From IMG/VR virus record IMGVR_UViG_3300031576_000012, positions 1-64,000 of that record: a stretch of DNA of 64,000 bases, one strand, 5' to 3'. The stretch's first letter is position 1; the number at the start of each line of letters is the position of its first letter. The notes beneath the pieces are model-generated. The model had not been told where the DNA came from and ran no database searches. It worked only from the letters and a program-made list of their open reading frames with translations. Of this stretch, positions 1-10,153 are shown piece by piece. Origin of the DNA: a virus. Made by a program: the position numbers and the translations under genes.

Positions 1-130
1 CCTCAAATAACTGAACTAAGTCTGCATGTGCATGACAATACCCATAATCCTCGTCATCTCTAGGCTGTAGCTCGTTATTCTTTTGAATTATACCAAGTAT
101 TTCATCAATTGTCAAGCTTAAAGATTTCAT
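1..130 (-). CDS. hypothetical protein, truncated by window edge
   Basis: ATG at 130 opens MKSLSLTIDEILGIIQKNNELQPRDDEDYGYCHAHADLVQLFE with no stop before base 1; overlaps the end of the upstream gene. Confidence 0.6.
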   Translation of the reverse strand, partial: MKSLSLTIDEILGIIQKNNELQPRDDEDYGYCHAHADLVQLFE

Positions 131-668
131 GCTGCTTTCTATACCTTTTTAGTGCATTAACCATTACTTTAGTTTCTTCCACAGTATAAACATTACGTCT
201 TAAAAAATTACAATCTTTACAACTAGTTATGACGTTATCTAGCTGATATCCTTTACTATTATCTATTCTATCTAACCCATTGTATTTAAAAGACTTTTTC
301 CTTTTAAAAGCAACGTTACTTGATTTCTTGGAACAATAATAACACGGTTTAATTATTAAATCAAGAAATTGTTGTTCGGTTAGATAAAAACCATTTTTAT
401 TTCGTCTATAGCAACCTAACACATCTCTAAAAGCTGCTTCTTTATCAGGCAAGAGTTTAGAACATCCCTTCTTACAACTTTTAATAGATTTAGTTGTAAT
501 ATCTCCTGTTCTTACTTTTGTAATTCCCCCACAATCGCATTTACATTTCCAAAAATAGGAACCATCATGTTTTGATTGCTTCTTTAATTTTTTAACTACT
601 ACGAGTTTACCAGATCTCTTCCCTATTAAGTTTAAGTTTTTAGGCACTATAAATTCTCCCAGGCCCAC
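105..668 (-). CDS. HNH homing-endonuclease-like protein
   Basis: N-terminal LIGKRSGKLVV..WKCKCDCG domain; C-terminal CYYC...GLDRIDNSKGYQLDNVITSCKDCN; true start may be the GTG near 647. Confidence 0.85.
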   Translation of the reverse strand: MGLGEFIVPKNLNLIGKRSGKLVVVKKLKKQSKHDGSYFWKCKCDCGGITKVRTGDITTKSIKSCKKGCSKLLPDKEAAFRDVLGCYRRNKNGFYLTEQQFLDLIIKPCYYCSKKSSNVAFKRKKSFKYNGLDRIDNSKGYQLDNVITSCKDCNFLRRNVYTVEETKVMVNALKRYRKQHEIFKLDN

Positions 669-1540
669 TGAGCAAGTCTGGAACGCTCACTTTTTAACAT
701 ATGAATAGAACCAATGAAAGGACAATCTTTGCCCTTTTCTATAGCGGTTAAAAGCCCATTATTATCGCTACTTACACCTTTTTCAAATACTTGTGCCAGG
801 TCTCCAAGAAGAATAACCTTAGAGTTTGCTGAAGGTCTGGACAAGATTTGCTTCACTACCTCAATAGACAGGTTCTGAGCTTCATCAATAATGATTACAG
901 CATTGCTGATGCTTCTACCTTGTATAAAGGTAATGGGGCTAATTTCTATATACTTACCACCATTTTCTTTCATAAGATTAGGATCTTGCGATGTTAGAGA
1001 GTCCAATTGATAATGAGGTACCCCTAAAATCTCAAAGTTATCATAGAAGTTTCCAAGCCAAGGTCTAACCTTGTCGAACATAGAACCCTTTAGATAACCA
1101 ATCTCTCTCCCAATAGGAGTTAAGGTCTTACACAGAATAATCTTCTGAACCTTATCCTTTTCAAATTGCTCCATTGCATATGCTAGAGCTAATAGCGTTT
1201 TACCAGAACCGGCACAACCGGAAATAGTTACAAGATCAACACTTGGGTCTCTTAATAGACTCATAACTAAAGTCTGTTCTTTGTTCTTAGGGGAAATCCC
1301 AAAAAGTTTGGGGCTATTATCTAGTTTCTTGATAACGTTCCCTTTAACAATACCTAATGCACTCTGTTTATTAAACTTGAGAACTAAACAAAGATTAGGA
1401 TAAAATTGTATGTCTTTATATTTTTTGGAGGCAGGGATAGAAACTTCTCCTTTATTATATAGTTCTTCTATATTTTCAAACTCCTCTAGAACTTCAACTC
1501 CGGTATATACTGAACTCTGCTTAGAGGTTGTTTTCTTCAT
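647..1540 (-). CDS. phoH: PhoH-family ATPase
   Basis: GCAGSGKT Walker A, IGYLKGS, FIQGRSI, IIIDEAQN, LLGDLAQ, RSRLA motifs. Confidence 0.95.
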   Translation of the reverse strand: MKKTTSKQSSVYTGVEVLEEFENIEELYNKGEVSIPASKKYKDIQFYPNLCLVLKFNKQSALGIVKGNVIKKLDNSPKLFGISPKNKEQTLVMSLLRDPSVDLVTISGCAGSGKTLLALAYAMEQFEKDKVQKIILCKTLTPIGREIGYLKGSMFDKVRPWLGNFYDNFEILGVPHYQLDSLTSQDPNLMKENGGKYIEISPITFIQGRSISNAVIIIDEAQNLSIEVVKQILSRPSANSKVILLGDLAQVFEKGVSSDNNGLLTAIEKGKDCPFIGSIHMLKSERSRLAQWAWENL

Positions 1541-1542
1541 GG

Positions 1543-1992
1543 TTATCCCTTATATCCTTTGTAGCCAAGCCGCTTTGATAATGATGCAAATCGTTTAAAC
1601 AGCCTAGCTTCTTCTATAAAACGATCTGCGTTATGCTCCCAGTATACTATATGACTCAACTCATGTGCAAGACTATTTAAAGTAAATTCAAAATGATATT
1701 TCTTGTGGGCGTCTTCATACCCAGAGGCATATGCTACCCCGTTATCACTACTATAAACTTGACGTTTCTTTAAGATAGTTATAGTGGCTTTTTTGTTTCC
1801 ATCTTTAATAATGGCTGCATGTTGGTTTTCTACTTTATCCAATGGAACATAATAACCTACAATCTTTTCAATTCTCCAGATAGGAACTCCTGCACGTTTT
1901 GCTTCCATTATGTAGGGAGCTAACCATTCTAAGTCCTTATCTATATCTATTGAGTGATTAAGGCCATTTAAGTCTTTCACTCTCTTAATCAT
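1543..1992 (-). CDS. putative zinc metallopeptidase-like protein
   Basis: LAHELSHIVYWEH (HExxH plus downstream His). Confidence 0.55.
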   Translation of the reverse strand: MIKRVKDLNGLNHSIDIDKDLEWLAPYIMEAKRAGVPIWRIEKIVGYYVPLDKVENQHAAIIKDGNKKATITILKKRQVYSSDNGVAYASGYEDAHKKYHFEFTLNSLAHELSHIVYWEHNADRFIEEARLFKRFASLSKRLGYKGYKG

Positions 1993-1999
1993 ACAACAC

Positions 2000-2740
2000 C
2001 TATGATAATTTTAAGGCATCCTGGTGTAGGTCTTCTATTGTTCCACCATTTATAATAATTTGGTCATACTCTTCATCTGTTCCTAAAGAATTCTCAGCTA
2101 CATGTCCTACTACAGGTTGCAGCTGACCTTTCTTATCTAAAGAGTTTAAGAGATGATCTGGGGTAAACCCAGGTCTCTTTAATCTTACTAAGATACAATC
2201 AAAGTTTTCTTTAAGTATCTTTCTTTCATTGGGGAACCTAGCATCTGTAATTACCCAGTTTACTTCTGGTTCTTTCTTCATTTTATTTACCAAAACTTCT
2301 GCGTGATAATCTTCAGAAATCTTTCTACAAATCTCTGTACCTACAAATTGAAATACTTCTCTTGGGGAAGTAAACTTCTTATAGGCTTTGTGTTCCTGTA
2401 CATATTCTTCTACATATATTCTGTCAATCTCTTTTAAAGCAGCTGCTGATGTTTCCAGAGAGTGAGTAGACTTAACCCATTCAATAATTTTTTGAAGTTT
2501 TCTACGATCAAAGTCAATAGGAGGGTTAAGAGTTTTTAATTTGCCCTCTTGAGTATTCATATGAAAGTCTGAAAGACCAAATACAACCTGACACATATTC
2601 TTTAAGTTACCAGCAAAAGAGCCTTGTACAAAGCCCTTATTAATTAAAGCTTTAGCAAATTCATCTTTGCCAACCATCATCTCACCTGCTATTGCTATTA
2701 CTTTTCCCATGTTATCCTCGTTTTGATACTGCTTCTGCAT
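2000..2740 (-). CDS. deoxynucleoside monophosphate kinase
   Basis: IAIAGEMMVGKD P-loop, SFAGNLK, SPREVFQFVGTE, VITDARFPNE; likely start MGKVIA at 2710. Confidence 0.9.
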   Translation of the reverse strand: MQKQYQNEDNMGKVIAIAGEMMVGKDEFAKALINKGFVQGSFAGNLKNMCQVVFGLSDFHMNTQEGKLKTLNPPIDFDRRKLQKIIEWVKSTHSLETSAAALKEIDRIYVEEYVQEHKAYKKFTSPREVFQFVGTEICRKISEDYHAEVLVNKMKKEPEVNWVITDARFPNERKILKENFDCILVRLKRPGFTPDHLLNSLDKKGQLQPVVGHVAENSLGTDEEYDQIIINGGTIEDLHQDALKLS

Positions 2741-2912
2741 TTGTGAACAAATTGTTCTTGAGATCTGTTCTAAGTGTATATTTTCTTAATCTCTTTTTAA
2801 GATTTGCTAGTTGTACTTTAAGTTCAGCATTTTCAATAATTAATGCTACCTTAGAAACCTTTTTAGCTATCTTATCTATTTCTGTTGCGTCCATCATTAT
2901 TTTAACCTCCAT
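2712..2912 (-). CDS. hypothetical coiled-coil protein
   Basis: Fills the gap between co-oriented genes. Confidence 0.6.
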   Translation of the reverse strand: MEVKIMMDATEIDKIAKKVSKVALIIENAELKVQLANLKKRLRKYTLRTDLKNNLFTNAEAVSKRG

Positions 2913-4510
2913 TTTCCATTAATTGAATTAATCATTTGTCGTGAACCATCGGAATACAACAAACAGGATGTATGGAACCAAGAAGAGGCTCCCACATTGT
3001 AATCTAATTTCAGTTTGCTGGTTGTACCAACTCTCCACACGCTTCTGAGAACTTCAGGTGTATGAGCATGTCCAATTACACATGGTCCATAAGCTTTCTC
3101 AAATGTTAGTAAGCTTCCACCTTTACTACCATTAGCTCCTTTATCCCCGTGAGACCCTAATTCTACCCCTGCAATTTTAAAGCTCTCATCTCTCTTTAAG
3201 AAGATAATTCTCCTAAACTCTTTAAGTTCCGCTACTTTCTTATTAGAAAGCTTTGGAAGATTAACCAAGGCATAAGCAAGAGGATCTTTCCTATCAATCA
3301 TAGGAGCTATCAATTGACTTGCGAATCTAAGATTAGATGGATCAGTAAGATACCTTCCATCTTGAAGATACCTATCTAACACTTCATCATGATTAGACTT
3401 TACAAAGATGAACTTTCCAGGAATCCAAGTGAGTAACTCACTAACCTCAGTGTTAACGATAGATAGTTCTTCTTCTAAGCCCATTCTTTTATCCTCAGAC
3501 AATTGAGCTTTTGTTACTGTCTTGTTCATGTCGTGGTGATTATTCCACTTACCATTAAATACATCATGCCCAACTAAATTCCTTACTCCTACTTCGCTAC
3601 AAACTTCTTTCCAGGCTTGTTTAGCAGAAAGTTCATGCTCTCCAGCATGGTAGTCCCCCATAATAAGGGCCTCTGCACCTAGCTTCTCTATCTTTCCATT
3701 TGGGGAGTAGTATTTACCTAAGTCAAAGAACCTTCCGGTATTAGGTTCTGCTTGTACTTGTCTGTAGAAGTATTTCCCTTCAGGATCTAGCTCAACAATT
3801 AAGGCACCCAACACATGGTCGAAATTAGCTAGATATGAAGTTCTCTTGCTCATATAAACATCTGTTTCATAATCAGCACTAGTAACCGCACCTGTTGTCA
3901 TAATAGGATGTGGCAACTTCTCATTTCCCGTAGGAATAAATTGAAGTCTTTGTTTAGGGGAAGCATAAATGAATGCTCCATCTTTCTGACTTAGCCTAGA
4001 AAGTCCTGTTGTAGGATCAATCTGTTTAGCTGATAGCTGAATCATACGAATATGAATGTTCTTATTTAAGGACAAATCATGCCCGATAATATGTTCATTC
4101 GCTAATGCTGGATCTAAAATCCAATCATCTCCTTGTCCTGGATTGGCGCAAGGAACTATAAGCAACGTAGATTTATTAGCCTTACAATAAACCTTTAAGG
4201 TTTTAAAAAACTTAGTATGAATAGGAGAATTAACTACTGCTGTGGTGATAACAAACCTATTAGACCCTTTAACAAGATCATTTATTTGTTTAAATTTCTG
4301 AGGGTCAAATAAAGAATCACTAATTACCCCCTTAAAACATTCAGGGTGTTCTTCCTTCATATAAGTTTTTAATTGACTGATAGAACCAAAATTATGTCGA
4401 ATAGCTGTCCTGCTAATTTGATACTCTAAGAACTCTCGTGTATTAGGAAGACGCTTATTCTTCTTTACAAAGTCCTTAAAAGCATTAATTATTTCTGGTT
4501 TTTTGTTCAT
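2897..4510 (-). CDS. T5 A1-like metallophosphoesterase/nuclease with N-terminal HTH-like domain
   Basis: FVITTAV, MTTGAVT, GDYH, GHD, SNHD, HGDKGANGSKG, GHAH calcineurin-like motifs; 537 aa. Confidence 0.75.
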   Translation of the reverse strand: MNKKPEIINAFKDFVKKNKRLPNTREFLEYQISRTAIRHNFGSISQLKTYMKEEHPECFKGVISDSLFDPQKFKQINDLVKGSNRFVITTAVVNSPIHTKFFKTLKVYCKANKSTLLIVPCANPGQGDDWILDPALANEHIIGHDLSLNKNIHIRMIQLSAKQIDPTTGLSRLSQKDGAFIYASPKQRLQFIPTGNEKLPHPIMTTGAVTSADYETDVYMSKRTSYLANFDHVLGALIVELDPEGKYFYRQVQAEPNTGRFFDLGKYYSPNGKIEKLGAEALIMGDYHAGEHELSAKQAWKEVCSEVGVRNLVGHDVFNGKWNNHHDMNKTVTKAQLSEDKRMGLEEELSIVNTEVSELLTWIPGKFIFVKSNHDEVLDRYLQDGRYLTDPSNLRFASQLIAPMIDRKDPLAYALVNLPKLSNKKVAELKEFRRIIFLKRDESFKIAGVELGSHGDKGANGSKGGSLLTFEKAYGPCVIGHAHTPEVLRSVWRVGTTSKLKLDYNVGASSWFHTSCLLYSDGSRQMINSINGKWRLK

Positions 4511-6726
4511 TCTTTAGTCTCCGATAATCGGTCTGCAATTATAGGTTCAGCCACCAAAGGAAGACTAAGCTTGTAGTTATTCTCCATGATATCTTTCATG
4601 ATAACTGCTACTTGTTCTGCTTGATCTTCTCTAGCTTCCACAACAATTTCATCGTGAATTTGAATCAACACGTAAGCATCCAAGTTTAATTCTTTGAACT
4701 TCCTTCTCATAGCTATCATTGCTCTACTTACAATACTAGCAGCCGTTCCTTGAATTTTAAAGTTAATACTTAAATTCAATAGCTTATTTACTAGTAGCTG
4801 ATCTGATCTTACCCTAGATTTGAGTAATTTGTCAATCCCTACAAAGCGTCTAACTCTTCCTGTCTCTGTTTTAACGTAACCAAGTTTCATGGCTTCCCCA
4901 TGACAACGGTTAACGAATTTATACAGATTAGGTAATCCTTTCCAGTACTTATCAATCTTTTCTTGGGCCTCATCAAGTTCGCACTGAAGGGTATGCCCTA
5001 GCTTCCACTTCTTCATGCCGTAGGCTACCCCAAGGGCAATAGCCTTAGCTTCTTGCCTGATGTCTCCTGCCCCGTCTGCCTTCATTGTATTGGGGTTTCC
5101 TTTGTAGTCCATACAAAGTACCGCAATAGTGCCATAGAAGTCATCTCCACGGTAATAGGCGTCTATTAGAGCCTTTTCCTGGCTGTAATGGGCAAATACC
5201 CTTGGCTCTAGCTGAGAGTAGTCAGGACCGATAAGCTTATACCCTGGTCTAGCAATAATCCCCTGTTTAATCCTCTTATCTTCTCGTGGAAGATTCTGGA
5301 AGTTAGGTTCCCTACAAGAAAATCTTCCTGAGTCTGTTCCATGCTGAAGCCATCGTGGGCGTACTATACCTTCTTTTTGAGAGGTAAGAATACCATCTAC
5401 ATAAGTACTTACTAACTTAATGATCTTTCGTCTTTGCGAGACTTTAGCAACAAAGCTATAACTTTTAGCAAAGTGATCTAAAACCTCATCATCTACTTGA
5501 GCATTGTTCTTATCTGTGACCTTCATAGGTGTTTCACCTAAGCGATTAAAGAGAAGGTCTTTAAGTTGATCATTGCTGCTTAAGTTAATAACATATTTAG
5601 ACTTTCCAAGTTCTAGATACATCTCTTGACGTGTTGTAAATAAAAGATCTGCGTATAGTTTTTCTAATTCTGTTTGTTGAATTAGCCCCATTTTCCATTG
5701 AAGTAATACATTCTCTGGGTGTGTTTTAAACTCAGCCTCTATAACCTTTTTAACAAAAGAAGTTTCTCCTTTTTTATCATAATAAAGAGTTAATCCTGAA
5801 TTTATATAAAGTTGTTCAAACAGCAATCCTCTACTTTTTAATGGATAAGCTTCTGTTAATAGTTCATTTTCTAAAGCTTCATAATGTTTTAAATAGTTTT
5901 TCTTAAGCTCTTCATGAGCTTCTTTTTCAAGTTGGTCTGCTTCCGCTGTAAGTGTCTTTTTAAGGTCTTCAAAATAAGGGATATCACACATTACCCCTCT
6001 TCCAATCATATGATCAATAACAACCTCATTAAGAGGCATTACCTCATCAGTATAAAAGAAATTAACTAGCCCTTGTATTTCAAGTTCGGTGTGCATTACT
6101 CCAAAAATCTTAGCGGTTAAATCTACGTCTGCACATGCATACTTCCCTAAAATATCTAAGTCTGCCATGTAAATGTCTTTGTGGTCTTTGTTCCATTTAC
6201 CACCATTATGTATTACGGAAGCTTTTAATTCTTCTTGTTCATCTTTGGCTTCCTCCCCAAAGATTAGAACAGCTATATCTTTTAGCCCATGCGGTCTACG
6301 TTCATCAAGTGTGTGTTTGAGAAGCATGGTATCTGCATAAAGATTCTTTAGGCAATCAGCTCCGATAGTTTGTTTAATAACTTGCACATCGAACGGGCTG
6401 TTATGCATAATTAGTTTAGCTTTGGAGTGTTCTAGTAACTCAATCAATCCTGTACGCAAAAGAAACGCTCTATGATCATCAATAGTATCTAGTCTTGTAT
6501 TAGTGATCTTATTTTGTTCATCCCTTTCAACAGTGTAATTGTGCATGGGGAAGTAAACGGCTTCTCCCTCTGCTGGACTAATAGAAATCCCCATAAGCTT
6601 ACAACTAAGAGTATCAAGAGAGTTAGTCTCGGTATCAACAGCTAAAAATCCAACATTTCTTTTTAAAATGTCTAGATAGTTAGTTTGATCTTCAAGGGTA
6701 TAAGCTATGTAATAGTTCTTAGTCAT
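4507..6726 (-). CDS. polA: DNA polymerase family A with 3'-5' exonuclease
   Basis: Exo motifs DTET, HNSPFD, YACAD; pol motifs SGRFS..PNFQN, DYSQLEPR, RQEAKAIALGVAYG, IHDE. Confidence 0.97.
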   Translation of the reverse strand: MTKNYYIAYTLEDQTNYLDILKRNVGFLAVDTETNSLDTLSCKLMGISISPAEGEAVYFPMHNYTVERDEQNKITNTRLDTIDDHRAFLLRTGLIELLEHSKAKLIMHNSPFDVQVIKQTIGADCLKNLYADTMLLKHTLDERRPHGLKDIAVLIFGEEAKDEQEELKASVIHNGGKWNKDHKDIYMADLDILGKYACADVDLTAKIFGVMHTELEIQGLVNFFYTDEVMPLNEVVIDHMIGRGVMCDIPYFEDLKKTLTAEADQLEKEAHEELKKNYLKHYEALENELLTEAYPLKSRGLLFEQLYINSGLTLYYDKKGETSFVKKVIEAEFKTHPENVLLQWKMGLIQQTELEKLYADLLFTTRQEMYLELGKSKYVINLSSNDQLKDLLFNRLGETPMKVTDKNNAQVDDEVLDHFAKSYSFVAKVSQRRKIIKLVSTYVDGILTSQKEGIVRPRWLQHGTDSGRFSCREPNFQNLPREDKRIKQGIIARPGYKLIGPDYSQLEPRVFAHYSQEKALIDAYYRGDDFYGTIAVLCMDYKGNPNTMKADGAGDIRQEAKAIALGVAYGMKKWKLGHTLQCELDEAQEKIDKYWKGLPNLYKFVNRCHGEAMKLGYVKTETGRVRRFVGIDKLLKSRVRSDQLLVNKLLNLSINFKIQGTAASIVSRAMIAMRRKFKELNLDAYVLIQIHDEIVVEAREDQAEQVAVIMKDIMENNYKLSLPLVAEPIIADRLSETKE

Positions 6727-8731
6727 CTTTATGTTCTAACTGTTTCCTTAGTCCCGCCAATTCCATTTGTTCTTCTTGTACTAAATCTCTTACAATACCA
6801 GAGGCTCCATGAAAGAACAAATCAATTGTTCCTGTATCCCCCATACGATTTTTAAACATCTTTATGCCCATGATATAATCATAGTCTGGATGAGAGTCTT
6901 TAAAAGGACGGAAACAATTTACTTGAGTGGAAGCTTTTTCTTCCCAAGCTCCTGAGCCTTTGGCTAATATCATTTCATCATTAACATTGTTTCTACTGGT
7001 TTGTGATAGCCCTAGAATACAAATATTCTTATTCTTAGATAGTTCTGCTAAAGAGTGAGCATTGAAAGTATCATTAGCAAAACCTAAATAGTCAGATTTA
7101 ATTAGCTGGACATAATCAATAATTACTAACTTGACCTTCCTACCCCACATGTTTTCTTGTCGGTCAATTTCCGCACCAATGTCTTTTACGGTCATATGAG
7201 TTTGAGAACTGATAAGCACGTTCTCTGAGACCTTTTCAAATGCTTCTAAAGACTTACTCATAAGCCCTTCATCATTTCGTGCATGGCCTTCCATGAACTG
7301 CTTACCACTAATGATCTGCTCTTTAATATCTTCAGCTAGAAGAATGGGGGCACATCTTTGGATAAGCATCTCTTGGCTCATATCCATATTAAAAAACAAT
7401 GCAGGGATATTCCCTTTGCTTGCATTATTCATGATGTTGAGCATAAAACTAGTTTTACCAGTACCAGGCTTACCCACAATTAAATTAAATGTACCTAAGT
7501 AAAGAGGCATCCTCTCATCAATAGTAGTAAACCCCGTCTGTACAACATTGGAGTGATAACCTTTATACCAAGACTTAGAACGCTTGTAAGCATCTAGTAG
7601 GGTAATAACGTCGGCCTTTGATTCTTCAAATTTCTTGGGTGCTAAATGACATTTCCTGCTGCATACAGCATCAAGTACAAAGTCATTACAACCATAATCA
7701 TAGTCGTTCTTAAATACTTGTGAAACAATGGTGTCGATCTCTGGCTCAAGAATTGGGTCCATTTGAGCCTTCTTAGGGTCTCTAGCATTCATTAAGTCTA
7801 ACACACCAAGAAGTTTAGCTTTAACTACTGCTTGTGGCATACCAGTCTTACGCTCATGGTCAGCAATCCTCAATAGAGCATTGTTTCTACCTTCAACGTA
7901 GTCACCTTGGCATAACCTCCAAATACATGTCTTAAACATTCTTGGGGCATTACGGTCATCTGTTAGCCCTTCAGAAGTTATAGAAGGAAGACTAATAAGT
8001 TTTCGGCTTACTGTTTCAACTTCCACCATAGACTTACTAAGTAGGTCTGATAGCTTAGATGCATCCGATAATATGTCAAATAGATGAGGTATTCGTATTT
8101 GTACAGCAAAGCGTTTAATTTCATCAATCGTTGAATTTCTCAACATAGGGACTGATAGACTAGTTTTAAACAGTCTGACTGGACGACCATCAACATCTGA
8201 TTCTTTATCATGTAAAGTACCGGCTATTCTGTATAACCTAATATGGTTGTATATTCCTTTGTCAACCGTTTTTAGATCACCAGCAATTGCTAAACAGATC
8301 TTCTTTACATATAAAGGAGTGTTTTCACTTAAGGCTCCATCTAAGCCAACTATACCCTTAGTTCGTATTTCAACCGCAAAACCTTTTCTACCACTAAAGA
8401 ACACACCAATTTCATTCTCTTTTACACTATAATCAGCAATAAGCCTATCAATTAGTGTAACAGCATCTTGTCGTGATAATTCAAGTTCTACGTTATCGAA
8501 ATCCCATACAAGGTATTCAACTCCAGACTTGCCTTTAAATCCTTTTACTGATCCAGTTTCAGTTACATGCTTAAGCATTTCCTCTGTGTAGTGGAAAAGC
8601 CCTCGGTAACTATCTTTATAAGGATCAATATTTTCATACAGCTTGTCGAGAAGAACTACCTTATTTCTAAGGGAACTAGATCTCAATTCCTCACGGAATT
8701 CGATATACAAACTCATAGAACCTCGGTTCAA
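6719..8731 (-). CDS. primase-helicase fusion (AEP primase, Cys-rich domain, DnaB-like SF4 helicase)
   Basis: WDFD, FSGRKGF, RLYRIAG primase motifs; GKPGTGKT, IIDYVQ, LSQ, KNRMG helicase motifs. Confidence 0.88.
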   Translation of the reverse strand: MNRGSMSLYIEFREELRSSSLRNKVVLLDKLYENIDPYKDSYRGLFHYTEEMLKHVTETGSVKGFKGKSGVEYLVWDFDNVELELSRQDAVTLIDRLIADYSVKENEIGVFFSGRKGFAVEIRTKGIVGLDGALSENTPLYVKKICLAIAGDLKTVDKGIYNHIRLYRIAGTLHDKESDVDGRPVRLFKTSLSVPMLRNSTIDEIKRFAVQIRIPHLFDILSDASKLSDLLSKSMVEVETVSRKLISLPSITSEGLTDDRNAPRMFKTCIWRLCQGDYVEGRNNALLRIADHERKTGMPQAVVKAKLLGVLDLMNARDPKKAQMDPILEPEIDTIVSQVFKNDYDYGCNDFVLDAVCSRKCHLAPKKFEESKADVITLLDAYKRSKSWYKGYHSNVVQTGFTTIDERMPLYLGTFNLIVGKPGTGKTSFMLNIMNNASKGNIPALFFNMDMSQEMLIQRCAPILLAEDIKEQIISGKQFMEGHARNDEGLMSKSLEAFEKVSENVLISSQTHMTVKDIGAEIDRQENMWGRKVKLVIIDYVQLIKSDYLGFANDTFNAHSLAELSKNKNICILGLSQTSRNNVNDEMILAKGSGAWEEKASTQVNCFRPFKDSHPDYDYIMGIKMFKNRMGDTGTIDLFFHGASGIVRDLVQEEQMELAGLRKQLEHKDD

Positions 8732-8989
8732 CTATTCTTTGAAATAAACTACAATGACGCCATCTGGGGAATTTTCCTTCTTCTTTTCCTTCACTGGGTA
8801 AAGGACCACATTTGCTTCGGTAGAAAGGTTTAGCAATCCACCTGAAGCCTTGTGACGAAGAAGAACCTCAAATTCATCTTGGGGTCGTTTTCCAGTAAAT
8901 GCTACTGACTGATTATTACCCTTTGTACTTGAGTTATTCCAGAAAGAACCAATAATCTTTGATTCACTTGGTTTTCTATTCTGTTCCAT
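8732..8989 (-). CDS. small DUF736-like protein, possible ssDNA-binding protein
   Basis: IGSFW..S.KG and KKKENSPD patterns; sits between annealase and helicase genes. Confidence 0.45.
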   Translation of the reverse strand: MEQNRKPSESKIIGSFWNNSSTKGNNQSVAFTGKRPQDEFEVLLRHKASGGLLNLSTEANVVLYPVKEKKKENSPDGVIVVYFKE

Positions 8990-9464
8990 TTGTTTTCTCC
9001 TCTTTAGGTTGTTCTTGACTAGTTACTTCTTGGGTTACTGGGGCACTAGCCTTTGCTTCCAGATCCAATTTTCTTTGTGCCATCATATAATCATACAGCA
9101 AAGCGTACTTAGCTGCAAGTATTTTCTGACCAATATCAAATATAAATTTCTCTTGTTCAGATTGGAACTTACTGACTATCTTTTCACCAGCGTAAGGTAA
9201 CTTAAATAGGCCAGTAATAATCCTTCTCAAGGCTCTTGCACTTAGTTTTCTGGACAGATCATTAAAAATCTTCATTCCAGAAGTATGCTGATTCGCAGCC
9301 ATAAGTCGGCTTTGTTCAGCATTGAACTCTACTCGTTCTCCTGACTTCTTTTCTTCCTCATGAACAGAGGTTACTACTGCATCTGTAACTTTGGCTGCCT
9401 CTTCATCAATCCTGGTTATTTCGGCTTCTGATTGTTCAAGGGTCTCTGTTTTTACTTCTTCCAT
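8976..9464 (-). CDS. hypothetical protein
   Basis: 162 aa ORF in the replication operon. Confidence 0.7.
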   Translation of the reverse strand: MEEVKTETLEQSEAEITRIDEEAAKVTDAVVTSVHEEEKKSGERVEFNAEQSRLMAANQHTSGMKIFNDLSRKLSARALRRIITGLFKLPYAGEKIVSKFQSEQEKFIFDIGQKILAAKYALLYDYMMAQRKLDLEAKASAPVTQEVTSQEQPKEEKTNGTE

Positions 9465-9466
9465 GA

Positions 9467-10153
9467 TTACCCCTGCTGTTTCTTAATGGCTTCTTGGATA
9501 ACACTCTTTTTAAACATTACATTCGTTGCCTTTGGAAATACTGGGGTAGTTCCACCATGAGCATCTACTACAACATTTGTAGGTACAACTTTTACTTCTG
9601 CAACTGTAGGTTTAGAAAATCCCGTTGGGGCTGAACCCGTTACTGCTACCGTAACTGTTTCTGCTTTAGCTGCTACTGGAGCAGACTTAACAAAAGGATT
9701 ACCAGTAGTTGGCTTAGTAGCAAACCGCTTGCTAGAAGCTGTCGATACTGAAGTTTCACCTGTTTCAATCTCTGGATCATCTGAACTGTAAGAGAACGTT
9801 TGAAGAAGGAAGTACTTAAACCCTCCTGTCAAAGCCTTATACACACCCTTATCTGTTGAGTCAAACCCTTGAACTGGGATACTGACCGTGAGAGTCTCAG
9901 GGGATTCAAGATCTAAGATCTTATAGTCAACTACGAATGTAGTAATCAATCCTGATTCTTTTTGCACGATGGTTAAGCTATTCTCTCTTGTTACAGGAAG
10001 AACCTTAATTTTATGTTTAATTTCCAAGGCTCGGAACTCTTTCATAGCATCCTCACCTTTGACATAGCTATAGTTGAACTTAGCATTAGTTCCTGTCTTA
10101 GACAGAGAGCCAAGCTCAGTGGTAATTGCTGATAGTTTTTCAAGTAGTGTCAT
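9467..10153 (-). CDS. ERF-family ssDNA annealing protein
   Basis: FNYSYV, GFDSTDKGVYKALTGGFKYFL..F....DDPE, low-complexity C-tail. Confidence 0.85.
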   Translation of the reverse strand: MTLLEKLSAITTELGSLSKTGTNAKFNYSYVKGEDAMKEFRALEIKHKIKVLPVTRENSLTIVQKESGLITTFVVDYKILDLESPETLTVSIPVQGFDSTDKGVYKALTGGFKYFLLQTFSYSSDDPEIETGETSVSTASSKRFATKPTTGNPFVKSAPVAAKAETVTVAVTGSAPTGFSKPTVAEVKVVPTNVVVDAHGGTTPVFPKATNVMFKKSVIQEAIKKQQG

